Shown here in pieces: positions 6,654 to 17,558 of a stretch of 64,000 nucleotides of DNA. Origin of the DNA: a virus. Lineage: Duplodnaviria > Caudoviricetes. The position numbers and the translations under genes were made by a program. Positions within the stretch are counted from its first letter, which is position 1; every line of letters begins with the position of its first letter. Below the pieces are notes generated by a model that was given only the letters and a program-made list of their open reading frames with translations, was not told where the DNA came from and searched no databases. The stretch covers positions 89,959 to 153,958 of the IMG/VR virus record IMGVR_UViG_3300033066_000778; one strand, 5' to 3'.

Positions 6654-8498
6654 TTACATTCTACCCGTCCAAAAGTCGAACACGAAACCTCGTCGAACGT
6701 ATTCGTATGGCATTTTAAAGTAGCCTTTTAATCCCCAATTAGGCCCCCAAGAATTTCGTACTATCAGGAATCCACCGCCTTTATAGTCTTTGGTTTCTTT
6801 ATACCCAGTTACGCAATTATGTACTGCTACCCCATTTGCTACGTAGGAGTTGTCCTCTTCGACTTCAAAGTTATACACTTTTCCTTGGTAGGGTTCTTTA
6901 CTTATACTACTTATTTTAGAAACTAAATAACTATCACTATAAATACTTTTGTGATTAGTTCTTACTTGTTCTAATTCTTCGTTTGTATTATGTAGGTAAA
7001 CCATGTAGTTTGGCCTACAGTTTATAGTTTTTCCTTTTATTATAGTACTCCTTGCTTTTCGTTTGGTCACTGAAAAAAGTAACCGAAGCCTTTTTAGCAT
7101 AAAAAGTAGTTGGTCTTTCAATGACTCCTCTGAAGTTGAGATTGAGACACCCGTTGGTGTTTTGCACCCATCGGTTTGATACCATCCTGCTACAAAGAAC
7201 TTTTGAAAAAAAGTAGGCGCGGTTAATATGCTATATGGAATGTTTTTCTGGTGTGCAACCCCGCAGATCCCACCAACCTTTAGCGCTAACTTAGTGTCGT
7301 AACAAACTAAGTTAATATGCTTATCAAAATTGTCGATACCAACACTGTTTAAGCTATACTTTTTAAGCAGTTCTTTACACCTGTCTATTAGTTCAGGGTA
7401 GTCTTTTCCAAAAGAAAAACGTAATTTCGCACTCTTAACATTACTGTTTTTACTATATCTGACAGCTACATTACCATCACCAACATACATTCCGAGCAAC
7501 TCGAAGAATTCTTTTTCGTATATAACGTCGTCGTCTACTGTAACCTCATCGTATATTGGAGAGTATAGTAAGTTACCATGCCGTAATTCTTCTGCTTTGG
7601 TCCAACCAATATTTTTTTCGAATGAATTAGTTCTTTTTGTTTGTACTAGCTTTGTTTGTACCGAATACTTTTTCGTAAAGATTGGGTGATCTCCAGTGAC
7701 ACATAAGTTTTCACCACAGTTATTTTGTATCGTATAAACTTCTTCGTCTATCTCCCTAGAAGAAAGGGAAAGGACTCGTCTAAACTTTCCGGTGTGCGTT
7801 AATACCTCATCTCCAACTTCTACGTCTTCGATAGGAAGAAATCCATCTTTTGTTGTAATTGTAGTTCCCGGCAAACAACAAAGAGCGTGACCGCCTAAAG
7901 CTTGTTCTGAATTAGCTGGAATTTGAAGTACGCCCTTTTTAGCCATTTCTTGTGATTCCATATAAGGGAAAACTTCCATTCCTATTACTACGGGGTATCC
8001 GTTAGCTATACTATTCTTTAATTCTAGAATGTTTCTTAAAGCAAAGGTAGAAGGAAGTCTATACTTTTTAGCTTCTTCGATTTCTTCTGGTGAAGGAGCA
8101 ACTTTAAAGTCCTTGATTATATAAGGATCTCTTTGTTCCGTACAAGATCCATATTCTTGAATAACTTGCATTCCTACACGAATCGTCATTCCAGAGTCTT
8201 CGTTTATCGTTCCTTCTTGCCTTCGGGCCATATAGTAGTGAAACAACCGACTTAATCTAGTTGCGTCACTATTTGTCTTGAGTAGGAGGAATTCCCTTAA
8301 ACCAGAAACGATAGCATGACTACCACAACTACCCAAAGAAGACTGGTTAGTAATAGGAGAACACTGTGAGCTTAAGTCTACAAACTTAGGAAGTTCTTTA
8401 ATCTGCTTCGTAGCCTGGATCTTGAAGTCAGAAGATACTGTCCTAGAATGAGAAAGGTTGTAAATACCTTTTGTCGGAACTAATTCACTTTTAGGCAT
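6654..8498 (-). CDS. papain-like cysteine peptidase (C1) containing an intein
   Basis: QSSLGSC (catalytic Cys), GGHA (His), RNSWGPNWGLKGYF (Asn). Confidence 0.9.
   Translation of the reverse strand: MPKSELVPTKGIYNLSHSRTVSSDFKIQATKQIKELPKFVDLSSQCSPITNQSSLGSCGSHAIVSGLREFLLLKTNSDATRLSRLFHYYMARRQEGTINEDSGMTIRVGMQVIQEYGSCTEQRDPYIIKDFKVAPSPEEIEEAKKYRLPSTFALRNILELKNSIANGYPVVIGMEVFPYMESQEMAKKGVLQIPANSEQALGGHALCCLPGTTITTKDGFLPIEDVEVGDEVLTHTGKFRRVLSLSSREIDEEVYTIQNNCGENLCVTGDHPIFTKKYSVQTKLVQTKRTNSFEKNIGWTKAEELRHGNLLYSPIYDEVTVDDDVIYEKEFFELLGMYVGDGNVAVRYSKNSNVKSAKLRFSFGKDYPELIDRCKELLKKYSLNSVGIDNFDKHINLVCYDTKLALKVGGICGVAHQKNIPYSILTAPTFFQKFFVAGWYQTDGCKTPTGVSISTSEESLKDQLLFMLKRLRLLFSVTKRKARSTIIKGKTINCRPNYMVYLHNTNEELEQVRTNHKSIYSDSYLVSKISSISKEPYQGKVYNFEVEEDNSYVANGVAVHNCVTGYKETKDYKGGGFLIVRNSWGPNWGLKGYFKMPYEYVRRGFVFDFWTGRM
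6816..7877 (-). mobile_element. intein with LAGLIDADG homing endonuclease (354 aa)
   Basis: CLPGT N-terminus, TGDHP block B, LLGMYVGDG and FVAGWYQTDG, VYNFEV...VHN/C C-terminus. Confidence 0.92.
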
Positions 8499-9571
8499 TA
8501 TGGTTTAGCTCCTTTCTTTACTGGCCCTGCGGATACGTTTTTAGCATCGGGGTTGGACCGTACTGCTGCTTTACGCCGTGGTGGTGCTCCTGAAGGTGGC
8601 TTATCTGCTTTAGATGACCCGGATTGCACTGGAGTGTCTGTCGTTACCGTTGGAATACGGTGAATTTTTGCCTCTTTAGCTTCTTCTGGAGATGGATTTT
8701 CAATTGGTTCCGGACCAGAAGTTGTTGTTAGATTCGTTAACGTTGCCCCATTAACGTCCTGTACATTGTGCGCAACAGCTCGCCGTAGCCCTTTAAAAAA
8801 GCTGTGCATACTTGGTTCTGGACTTTCTTGACTCTGAGCAGGGGCAGCGGAAGGTGTCGTAGCTGGTGCCGCTGTAACAGTCGTTTGTGCTTTTGCTGTA
8901 CCACCTTCCATGGCCTTAGTAGCATCCGCTACTGATTGCGGGTGCGGTGCAGAAGGAGAAGCCTGTTGCGTCGGTGTAGCAGTGGGAGGATTTGGTGTCT
9001 TTGGAGCAGGAGGTTTAGCTGTCTGTGATGGTGATGCAGACGAGCCCATTTTTAATGTTCCTCTTTGCATCGCAGATCTAAAATCAAAACCAGATGCTGG
9101 TGGCTTTGGTGAAGAAGAAGGTGAAGAAGAAGGTGAGGAAGAAGACCGCCCTGAAACTGGTTTATAACCAGAAGCAGCTTCTTTCTTTAATGCCTCCTCA
9201 TCTCTAGACGTAGAGATTGGTGCAGAAGCATTCATTACACGATCTCTTAGAGGATTAAGGACACTTTTCCTAAACTCAACTGGTTCTTGAGCAATTCGCG
9301 CTGTTTCTGTATTAGCCCTATCCTGCCTTTCAAGGTTCTTGGCTTCTTTTTTATACCCCTTCATTATATCTCCAACATTTTTTTTAGCCGCTCTAACTTG
9401 AGGATGATCTATAATGTCGTTATCAATAGCAAAGTTCTTTACGCCAACACCAATATTCTTTAAACCAGTAAGAAGTTTATTCCCTGTATTTTTTAATCCT
9501 GTTCGAACATTTAGTTCGTTCAGTTCCTGCTGTTCCTGTATTACTCTAAATAATGTTTCGTTAAAACTCAT
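8498..9571 (-). CDS. low-complexity Pro/Ser/Ala-rich putative internal head protein
   Basis: N-terminal (I/L)xE motifs, disordered composition; 12-bp tandem repeat (SSSP) at about 9108-9143. Confidence 0.55.
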   Translation of the reverse strand: MSFNETLFRVIQEQQELNELNVRTGLKNTGNKLLTGLKNIGVGVKNFAIDNDIIDHPQVRAAKKNVGDIMKGYKKEAKNLERQDRANTETARIAQEPVEFRKSVLNPLRDRVMNASAPISTSRDEEALKKEAASGYKPVSGRSSSSPSSSPSSSPKPPASGFDFRSAMQRGTLKMGSSASPSQTAKPPAPKTPNPPTATPTQQASPSAPHPQSVADATKAMEGGTAKAQTTVTAAPATTPSAAPAQSQESPEPSMHSFFKGLRRAVAHNVQDVNGATLTNLTTTSGPEPIENPSPEEAKEAKIHRIPTVTTDTPVQSGSSKADKPPSGAPPRRKAAVRSNPDAKNVSAGPVKKGAKP

Positions 9572-11277
9572 TAGGATTTTCCTCTTTTAATTAGGTCACG
9601 CGGATTATTAACGGAAGCAATGAGTTCATTGCGTTTTTCCTCAGGTATACCCCGTTGTGCAAGAACGCGGTGAACATAAGAAAAACTACGCTCATTTTTA
9701 AGGGCTCGCCATTCAGCGGCCATACTTTTTCTATCGCCCATTTTTTCTTCGCGTCTCTTTACGTCAGCTGCCTTGTCTAACTGGACACGAAATGCTTTTG
9801 CCGGTTCATCAGACTGTTGAACGGGTCTATCTGCAAAATGCTTAGCAGCTAGTGAAGCATAAACAGGATCGTGCTTTAATCCTTGCGGGTGCGGTAAGTG
9901 AAGACCAGATACATAATCTGAAAGTGTTCTATCCTGGCTATTTGGGTCTTCTTTTGTCTTTTTTAGAATATGCCGTTCGCCAGTTAAGTACCTATCCGTT
10001 AAAAACCGACCTGTTCCTGCTGGATAATGCTCTTCTGGATTAAACCCTTCAAAATAACGCCTTACTATTTTTACTGCGTGTTCTGGACTCGTTGGTTTCT
10101 CACCATACGTAGACTCAATATGCCCTTGTAATTTAGCTGTTGCTTTTGGATCTCGGAAAGAAGCATTAGCTAGTCTTTCGACGTGATCATAAAAATGCCC
10201 TTTTAGCTCTTCATCGTCGTGTAACGTCGCGGCCATATCATGAAGACCTAAAGACTTAACGGCATGGTCGCGTACCTTAGCAGCTTCCAAAGACGATTCA
10301 GTAAATCGCTTCATAAACTTGCGACCGGCTGCCCTTTGTGCTGATGCTCCTGCTACTCTAGCTCTATACGCTTCAAGTGACCCTAATGACCTTCCGGTTC
10401 CTACACCTCTTAATAGTTTAGAGTTAGGATTTTTACCTGCTGTACCTGCCGTAGCGGAATCTTGTACAGACATAACACCTGTACTGAGTCCTTCTTTACC
10501 TCTCGTTAACCCTTCTATCGCTACGTCCTTATCTCCAGTTGTTCGTACACCAGGACCAGATGCAATAAGGGTTTGACGAGTAGCATGTTGTCTACTACCA
10601 TGAAGAGCTTCGTCAGCCATACCAAATGCTGTTGAACTTTTCTTTGGAATTGTTGCTTTTGGTTCAGTTAAGTTAATTACATGCTTAACAACACTACCTA
10701 AATGTTCGGTTGGCGACTTAAACATATGTGGATTCATTCTAAGTGCAGCGCCGTGTGGTGTAACTTCCGTAGAAAAGATTTTTCCGTTAAACGGATGATC
10801 ATCTGGAAGATCTAATGCGCTAAAATCTACGTGTATTTTCATTGGCGGAAGTTTTACTTCGCCTAACGCTTCTACCGTATCGTCAGAAAGTACTTGTTGA
10901 TTATTCCTGTTGACATACTCATTTGGAATATGCTGTAAAAGTCGGGTTGCACCACCTGACCATTTATTAGTAGCAGGATCTTTTTTACCCTGCATGTACT
11001 GAACCATATGTGACTTAAGTTCTTCTTTAGCGTCCGCGTGTTGTAATACATGATTAACTACAACACGATGTGGATCTGTACTATGCGCCATTTTTTCCTG
11101 TAAAGCAGGAAGATCCTTTAGAATATCAGGATCTGTTGGAAAGTGAACAAACGTTTGTCCATGAACAAATTTTTGTTCACCTTCACTTAAGAAGATAGAA
11201 AAATCCTCGTCTAAGATGTGTTCTCTTAGATAAAGGTTCTCTTCGTAAAGTTCACTATAAGTATCGAATATGTTCAT
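9571..11277 (-). CDS. putative internal head/ejected protein
   Basis: acidic leader with LYEE/LRE/ILDE/FLSE, His-rich body. Confidence 0.55.
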   Translation of the reverse strand: MNIFDTYSELYEENLYLREHILDEDFSIFLSEGEQKFVHGQTFVHFPTDPDILKDLPALQEKMAHSTDPHRVVVNHVLQHADAKEELKSHMVQYMQGKKDPATNKWSGGATRLLQHIPNEYVNRNNQQVLSDDTVEALGEVKLPPMKIHVDFSALDLPDDHPFNGKIFSTEVTPHGAALRMNPHMFKSPTEHLGSVVKHVINLTEPKATIPKKSSTAFGMADEALHGSRQHATRQTLIASGPGVRTTGDKDVAIEGLTRGKEGLSTGVMSVQDSATAGTAGKNPNSKLLRGVGTGRSLGSLEAYRARVAGASAQRAAGRKFMKRFTESSLEAAKVRDHAVKSLGLHDMAATLHDDEELKGHFYDHVERLANASFRDPKATAKLQGHIESTYGEKPTSPEHAVKIVRRYFEGFNPEEHYPAGTGRFLTDRYLTGERHILKKTKEDPNSQDRTLSDYVSGLHLPHPQGLKHDPVYASLAAKHFADRPVQQSDEPAKAFRVQLDKAADVKRREEKMGDRKSMAAEWRALKNERSFSYVHRVLAQRGIPEEKRNELIASVNNPRDLIKRGKS

Positions 11278-11282
11278 TACAC

Positions 11283-11855
11283 TTATTCAGACTTACCGTC
11301 ACCTTCGTCAGAGTCTTCGGGTTCTTCTGTATCATTTACTTCTTCACTATCAGCGTCACCTTCTACAAGATAGCTAGCAAGAGCAATTAAAGATTCAGTA
11401 ATAAACTCTGGGGCATCATCAGCTTCTAGAGCTTCAGTCATATTGATTAGGAAATCAATATTATCTGTCGTAGGATTCTCTACGATAGTGACAAGATCCT
11501 TAGCTTGCTTCGTATAGCCAACTTCTTCTAATGAGTTGACGATATAATCAAGGCTATTTGGATTAGTAAACATATCAGAAAGAGATTCTTCCATTGGGTT
11601 TCCGTGCATCATTACGTTATCGCCCTGACCTTCAACAGACTGATTCTGTTGGAAGGCAACGGCTTTCTGGTAATCAGCTGAACTTGATTGCATAAAGGGC
11701 CATGAAGGACTTCCAAACCATTCGCCAGAAAGCATCTGACGAGCAGTTCCACCCTTAGCAGTTAAGTCATTATTATCGGGTGTAGTATTGTAAGGACCAG
11801 TCGTGAAGGCTTCTTTTAGAATTCTTGTTACGATCTTATCAACGTCGATTTTCAT
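11283..11855 (-). CDS. acidic putative virion protein
   Basis: ILKEA motif, acidic tail. Confidence 0.55.
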   Translation of the reverse strand: MKIDVDKIVTRILKEAFTTGPYNTTPDNNDLTAKGGTARQMLSGEWFGSPSWPFMQSSSADYQKAVAFQQNQSVEGQGDNVMMHGNPMEESLSDMFTNPNSLDYIVNSLEEVGYTKQAKDLVTIVENPTTDNIDFLINMTEALEADDAPEFITESLIALASYLVEGDADSEEVNDTEEPEDSDEGDGKSE

Positions 11856-11865
11856 AGTTATTTCC

Positions 11866-14157
11866 TTATTTATTTTTTCCAGACTTTTGCTGAGCTTGTA
11901 ATTGTCTGAGTAACTCTAATTTTTTAGAGTCAACTAGTCTTAACTTTTGAAGTGGTTTACCTTCACTATCCCGTGGAATTGGTGCTTTTCCAACAGCCCA
12001 ACCCTGTTTATTTACTTTAGCTTCTGGTGCTCCGGTTCCCATATCCTGTGTTGAGGCTCTATGACGATCATCAACCGTAGTTGGTTCTCTTAAGCTAGTT
12101 GGGTAATATTCACCCATACGATCAAGAGAAGAACGACGGGTCTTTTCCCCTGCGGAAAGCATAATGTTTACTGGATCTCTTTCTTGGGTTAAACCAGGGG
12201 TACTTCTAATACTTTGGTTTTGAGGAAGAAGTCCACCAGGATTTCTCTGAACACGAGGGTTACCCGCTTTGTCATCGCGTACTTTAGTCTTTTGTCTTAC
12301 GGCAGATATACCAGAGAACTTTAATGGTCCTTGCTTCCCTACTGCTGATGCTTTTAGGAATCCAGTATCAGTAAAAAGACTATCGACTTCAGAAGCAGGC
12401 ATTTCCGCACTATATTCAAGTGTATGCCCATGATCTAGTGTGAATGTTCCTTTTGGAGCAGAAATTCCTCTAGCACTATCTTTAGCTGTCATGGTAACAG
12501 CCCAAGGAGGAGCGGTTCTTGTTACACCATTTTTATCTACTTTTACTGAACTACCAATCCAAGGACGAACGTCTGTCGGAGCAGGAGTTTTTCCAGTAAC
12601 CTGAAGATTAGGAACAAGTTTTCCTTCTTTATCTTTTACAAGAGGATTTTCAAGATTAACTTGTTTAATATCTTCTCTTGTTCTATTTCCTCTAGGTTCT
12701 ATTTCTGGGATGTGTGCAACCGAAGCATTTATATCAAAATGCTCTTGCATCGCGTTATGTGTATCCCTCGCCAACATAGATGAGTTATTCATCTTGGAAT
12801 GAGGAATTCTAACTTTAACACGAACGCGGCCATTACCTAGATCTTCTTGTTCGATAGCATTACGGTGTGTACCATGCGTTGTTCCACCAGCAATCTCGGA
12901 AATCGCAGGGCGGCCACTTTCAGTCTTTACCTCAGCTAGTTCTCTATGGATATTATCTAATGTTTTTTCTTGGTGATCGAGAGCAGCCTTTACAAGTTGC
13001 TTAACATTGAAGTCTGTAGACTGTCCCGATCCATGATGCGCAACACCTTTACCACCACGAAGGTCAGCACGATAGGTAGCACCAATGTCTTTTTGCGTTG
13101 TGCCTGTGTGTTTCTGTGGTGTTATTTTTGGATCTTGTGGAGGAAGAAATGGCTCTGTAAAATCAGCAAGAGCATTTTCTTTCTTTTTCCCAACGTAAAG
13201 AATGCCAGTTTCAGGATGTTGGGCGATCTTCATACCCTTAGAGTGTAGATGTGTAATTAACTGTCCATGAAGATCACTGACATACTCGTTATGATCAGCG
13301 TTACCAGGAATCTCGTGGATCCCATTTTGACGGAGGTAGCCACCGATAAGAGATGATTCCTTATGTTGGGATTTAGCACCTAGCTTCGTTGCACCGTTGT
13401 AAACGAGACGAAGCACTCTACCGATTTTTGGTGAAAGTGTTTTGTGATCACCAGAAATAACAGTAGCAAGAGCGTCGGCACTATCGTGTTTATTCTGCTT
13501 TCTATACATATCATGGACACGCTCTAACGAATCACCAACCATCTGACCCCAGTGTTCGTCATCTCTGATCCCTCCGGCTTTAACAATTTGTCCGGTTAGG
13601 TGCCTACGAACAACGTCGGCAAGCTCCTGTTGTTGGGAGTTACTTAACGTTTTAGGAGTTTCCTCATCTTCGTTGATTTGCTTGTGAATCCCGCCATAAA
13701 GGTAAAGCTCAGAAAGAATAGGGTTACTCTTCTTAACAACAGGAGTAGCCGCTACTTCATTAGCTTTAAGTTCATCGAGCTTTACTTTTAAGTCTCTAAG
13801 CATATCAGCCTTAGACTGCTGTTGAGGAATGACATCTTCTAGTAAGAAACTAAAGTCATCCATGTTTATAACGCCTTCTTTCTGATCTTGTGAACCTTTT
13901 TTCTTTTTCTTCTTTTTCTTTTTATCTTCTTCTGAATTAGCATCAGGAGTCGTTAAACCAAGGAACTTACTTTCGTCAGGAAGCTCCTCTTGTGTATGCA
14001 TTGTCTCATCATCAAAATTAGAACCATCGGCGGCGAGAGGCTTGTCGTCACTTCCTAGTAGCTTTCCAGTAACGAGGTCTACTTTAGGACCAATGTACTT
14101 TTTTGGATTTGTATCAGTCATATCAGCTGTTTCAACTAATATATTGAAAAGGCGCAT
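11866..14157 (-). CDS. large putative internal head/ejected protein
   Basis: ILVE, LLE, ILSE, INE motifs; poly-K tract. Confidence 0.55.
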   Translation of the reverse strand: MRLFNILVETADMTDTNPKKYIGPKVDLVTGKLLGSDDKPLAADGSNFDDETMHTQEELPDESKFLGLTTPDANSEEDKKKKKKKKKGSQDQKEGVINMDDFSFLLEDVIPQQQSKADMLRDLKVKLDELKANEVAATPVVKKSNPILSELYLYGGIHKQINEDEETPKTLSNSQQQELADVVRRHLTGQIVKAGGIRDDEHWGQMVGDSLERVHDMYRKQNKHDSADALATVISGDHKTLSPKIGRVLRLVYNGATKLGAKSQHKESSLIGGYLRQNGIHEIPGNADHNEYVSDLHGQLITHLHSKGMKIAQHPETGILYVGKKKENALADFTEPFLPPQDPKITPQKHTGTTQKDIGATYRADLRGGKGVAHHGSGQSTDFNVKQLVKAALDHQEKTLDNIHRELAEVKTESGRPAISEIAGGTTHGTHRNAIEQEDLGNGRVRVKVRIPHSKMNNSSMLARDTHNAMQEHFDINASVAHIPEIEPRGNRTREDIKQVNLENPLVKDKEGKLVPNLQVTGKTPAPTDVRPWIGSSVKVDKNGVTRTAPPWAVTMTAKDSARGISAPKGTFTLDHGHTLEYSAEMPASEVDSLFTDTGFLKASAVGKQGPLKFSGISAVRQKTKVRDDKAGNPRVQRNPGGLLPQNQSIRSTPGLTQERDPVNIMLSAGEKTRRSSLDRMGEYYPTSLREPTTVDDRHRASTQDMGTGAPEAKVNKQGWAVGKAPIPRDSEGKPLQKLRLVDSKKLELLRQLQAQQKSGKNK

Positions 14158-14225
14158 AAAAATAGATCTCCATAACAGGAGATCTAAAAGTTGAAAAGCA
14201 AATTGTGAAATAATTGAAAGTATAA

Positions 14226-14606
14226 TTACTCAGATGATATTAAGCTCTCTTTTATAGCTAAAAAGGACTTTATGGTGTACTCTATAGACTTAATCTTTTC
14301 AGTCTGTACGCCATACTTCTGAGCTAACCGAGTAATCTCTTGAGGGGTGTTTTTCTCCTGTAAGGAGTAATACACGTCAAGGTCACGTAAGCAATTAAGC
14401 ATCGTTTTTGTTTCTGGGATCTTGATTGTTCTTCCAGCAAAGACGTAAAGAAAATCAAGTAGTTTTTCAAAGGGGATTAACTCCCCTAATTCTTGAACTA
14501 GTTCAAGTTCATTTTCAACGTATGCATAGAAAAGCTGCTTAAATTCATCAGTGTTTTTTATGAGCTTATTGTACGGAACGTAATTCGTTAAATTATCGGG
14601 GGACAT
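14226..14606 (-). CDS. Mor/C-family transcription activator-like protein
   Basis: ELIPFEKLLDFLYVFAGRTIKIP...RDLDVY...RLAQKYGV matches the Mor dimerisation + HTH layout. Confidence 0.65.
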   Translation of the reverse strand: MSPDNLTNYVPYNKLIKNTDEFKQLFYAYVENELELVQELGELIPFEKLLDFLYVFAGRTIKIPETKTMLNCLRDLDVYYSLQEKNTPQEITRLAQKYGVQTEKIKSIEYTIKSFLAIKESLISSE

Positions 14607-14826
14607 GCTTATTCTCTAAATCAAACATTGGTTTTTCAGTGAACATCTTATCTGCTAAAAACCTGTTTTCCTTGGTCATTAGCAAATCATGTCCTTTACA
14701 GTCTGGTTTAGCTGTTAGCTCAACACAAAAAGGACAGTAAAGTTCCATTCGACAGGCAGTACACAGATTCTTTTCTTTCAGTTTCTTACCACAGTTATAA
14801 CATTCCATCAAGAAGCTCCAAAACAA
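14593..14826 (-). CDS. small Cys-rich protein
   Basis: three CxxC pairs. Confidence 0.55.
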   Translation of the reverse strand: MFWSFLMECYNCGKKLKEKNLCTACRMELYCPFCVELTAKPDCKGHDLLMTKENRFLADKMFTEKPMFDLENKHVPR

Positions 14827-15095
14827 AAATGGGAGTTAACAATGTAACTCCCATATTATATGTTGTTTACCCTAACTTGTCAACTAATTGATCGGATGCT
14901 TACCTTTTACCTTCTTTACTCGATATCGTTTACTCACGGGTAAGAGACGGAGAACTTCTTTTGGAACCAACTCATTAAGGTCTTCAACCTCTTTAATCAG
15001 TTCCTTCTTGTTGTTCTTTAATGTCGTTGGTAGTTCTTCCCACTTGCCTTTGTCCCATACCTCGATGATGTACATTTAGATCATTCTATCCTTTC

Positions 15096-15365
15096 TTAGC
15101 CTCGTGTGCTCTCTAATAGTAGTTGCGTTTTTTGTTCATTATTGTTTAAGAGTAGTGAAATATCAACGCAATTCACATTTGCTGCAACGGCATTCCAAAT
15201 CTTTTCAAGCAAAGTCATAGCCTCTTTCTTGGAAGACAGCTTAAGATTCTCCTCTCCCTTTACCAGAGAGAACCGAAGTCCTGATCCATCTCCGTATGTC
15301 TCAACTTGAATACGGACCAGATTCTCCGTATTGATAATCGTACCGTCAAGGAAGCGAATAAACAT
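15096..15365 (-). CDS. hypothetical protein
   Basis: 89-aa ORF, GGAG RBS. Confidence 0.6.
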   Translation of the reverse strand: MFIRFLDGTIINTENLVRIQVETYGDGSGLRFSLVKGEENLKLSSKKEAMTLLEKIWNAVAANVNCVDISLLLNNNEQKTQLLLESTRG

Positions 15366-15544
15366 TTACGTTGACTCCTTAGTTTCTTCATTTTCTAAGT
15401 CAATGAGCTTGCATGACTGTTGAGAGAGGATGTCATTTAGTAACTTTAGCCTTGCGTCAGGGTCCAAACCACCGATAAGCCCATGGATCCTAAGAGTATC
15501 ATAGAGAATCTGGTAAAGGAGCAAGGCTTGATGAGAACTAATCT

Positions 15545-16228
15545 TCATATCTTTGAGCCCATAAGGGCTTCCCAAGAAACTGGAGCAACTGTACGAACCA
15601 AAGCCGAAATCGCATCAGCGTAATCTTGACTCTCTTTTTGAGCCGTAGGTGCTGCCCTATGATTTACGATACGAGCGTAAGCGTAAAGAGAACCAGTTTC
15701 AATAAACTCGGTATAAGTTGAAACAGGAAGAACCATACGCGCTTGTTCGGGACAGACATCCTCTTCCAGAAGTCTAAGGTATAGATCCCTTGCTTCGGTG
15801 TAGAAGTCCTTAATCCGGTACTTTAGGTACGTATAGTCCTCTTCATGTAGGACACGATCTGACGACCCTTGTTTCTTATCTGATGCAGCGTGTCTTAGAC
15901 TAGAAGGAAGATGAAACTCTGGATCGTCTGTAACGTAGCGACGTGAAATCTCATTACGTGAAAGACCGACCTGATGCTTAAAGTATTGACGAGCTACGAA
16001 AAAAGGCATTTTAATACGAAGCTGGATTTGTACATGGGTGAAAGGAGAGAAGTGCGGGGGTTGACTTTGCGCTAGGTAGTTAACCAGTGACCTATCCTTC
16101 ATATCAAAGATTTCTTTGTGCTTGTTGAAGGATACCCTTGCGGCATTCACAACCGAAAGGTCATTACCCATGCTGTCAATGAGACTTACGAAACCCTTAT
16201 CTAATACGTAAATGGTAGGAGGGTTCAT
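15545..16228 (-). CDS. thyX: flavin-dependent thymidylate synthase
   Basis: VVNAARVSF, HFSPF, ARQYFKH, NEISRRY, EQARMVLP. Confidence 0.95.
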   Translation of the reverse strand: MNPPTIYVLDKGFVSLIDSMGNDLSVVNAARVSFNKHKEIFDMKDRSLVNYLAQSQPPHFSPFTHVQIQLRIKMPFFVARQYFKHQVGLSRNEISRRYVTDDPEFHLPSSLRHAASDKKQGSSDRVLHEEDYTYLKYRIKDFYTEARDLYLRLLEEDVCPEQARMVLPVSTYTEFIETGSLYAYARIVNHRAAPTAQKESQDYADAISALVRTVAPVSWEALMGSKI

Positions 16229-16680
16229 TTCTCATCCATCTTATGAAGTCCGTGATTAAGACTATCGGGCTTAGGACCAAGGGTTACAACGTAAGCGAGG
16301 ATACGATTAAGAAGCCGAAGACGATTCTGGAACAATGAACGCTGCTCTTCAGTGAAAGTAACCTTCTGAATGAACTTGGCTAGAATCCTGTACGTATTGT
16401 TCATTACGTTTGTTAGCTGTTCAGCCGTAATGTCTTCGCTTTCACAATAACGATGTACACCCTTGCATGTACCAGTACACCAAACGTAATGCATGGCATC
16501 AAGATCTAGATTCTTCTTATGGGCTGCTTCCTGTGAGATCTTGAGTTGACGACGAAGCTCTCTATTCTGTTCTTTCAGTTGTTTAACTTCGTTCTTGTAA
16601 TAGTTCTCAACTTTACTCATCTTGTAAACCAGATTACTATAGTTTACAAGTAGCGCCCAGTATTTATCCAACGTCCTCAT
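16225..16680 (-). CDS. hypothetical coiled-coil protein
   Basis: 151-aa ORF. Confidence 0.6.
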   Translation of the reverse strand: MRTLDKYWALLVNYSNLVYKMSKVENYYKNEVKQLKEQNRELRRQLKISQEAAHKKNLDLDAMHYVWCTGTCKGVHRYCESEDITAEQLTNVMNNTYRILAKFIQKVTFTEEQRSLFQNRLRLLNRILAYVVTLGPKPDSLNHGLHKMDEK

Positions 16681-16937
16681 TTACCAACCTTCTTTCCATC
16701 AATAGTTGCCTCAAGACTTAGTTCGGCTCCAAAGAACGTATTGGACCCGAGTTCTTTCCAAGAGGTTCCGTCATCTGAGTATAGGACAAGTACTTTAAAA
16801 TAGCCTTGCTTTGGCTTTTCAACTGGAGCTTCCTTTACAGGTACAGTTGGCGTTGGGTTTACTTTACCTTTAGCCTGTACTCCAAAGAGAAGTCCGATAC
16901 AAAGTGGAATGGTGGCGAAACTTAGTTTACTGAGCAT
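16677..16937 (-). CDS. secreted/membrane-anchored small protein
   Basis: signal-peptide-like N-terminus. Confidence 0.55.
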   Translation of the reverse strand: MLSKLSFATIPLCIGLLFGVQAKGKVNPTPTVPVKEAPVEKPKQGYFKVLVLYSDDGTSWKELGSNTFFGAELSLEATIDGKKVGK

Positions 16938-17558
16938 CTTGCCTCACTATATAATGTCTGATAGCCATGTTACCAGCCATGAGAAGTACTGTTACGACTG
17001 CGTAGAAAAGGCTACCTTGAACTATATCGGAAATGAAGACGGCAAGGTTAAATCCTTGCGTTACATCAAGAAGCTGTATTGAGTTCTGTGTACGAGTCAT
17101 CATTATTCAACTTTAGAGCGGGCTTACTGAAGGCAAGGAGCATTTCCGTGAGTTCCTTCTTCATTGTTTCTGGAGAGAAGTAAACGTCGAATGGAACGTC
17201 CCATTGTCCGTTCGGTAGTTTAATTCCGATGAAGTACTCAGTATTTCCGTCAATTCCATCTGGATCAATAATGATTCGGTAGTCGTTTGTTTCAGTCGTG
17301 TTGCTCATTTGGTTCCCTTTCGACATTCTGTGTGTTTGCCTTGTGCCAGTCCCAAGCTTCCTTGAAGCACTCTAGGTAATCTGGTCCCTTACTGATGAAA
17401 GGTCCAGCTATTTGTTTACTAACGTTATCTTTCTTGTTTAACGTAAGATAGTATTTAAGGTTGTTGAATCGTGTACCACTGACGAGGTCAATGGCGTAGA
17501 TACTCGTAACCCTTGAAATCAGATCTTTCACGCTTATATTTACCTCCTAGGATAATAT

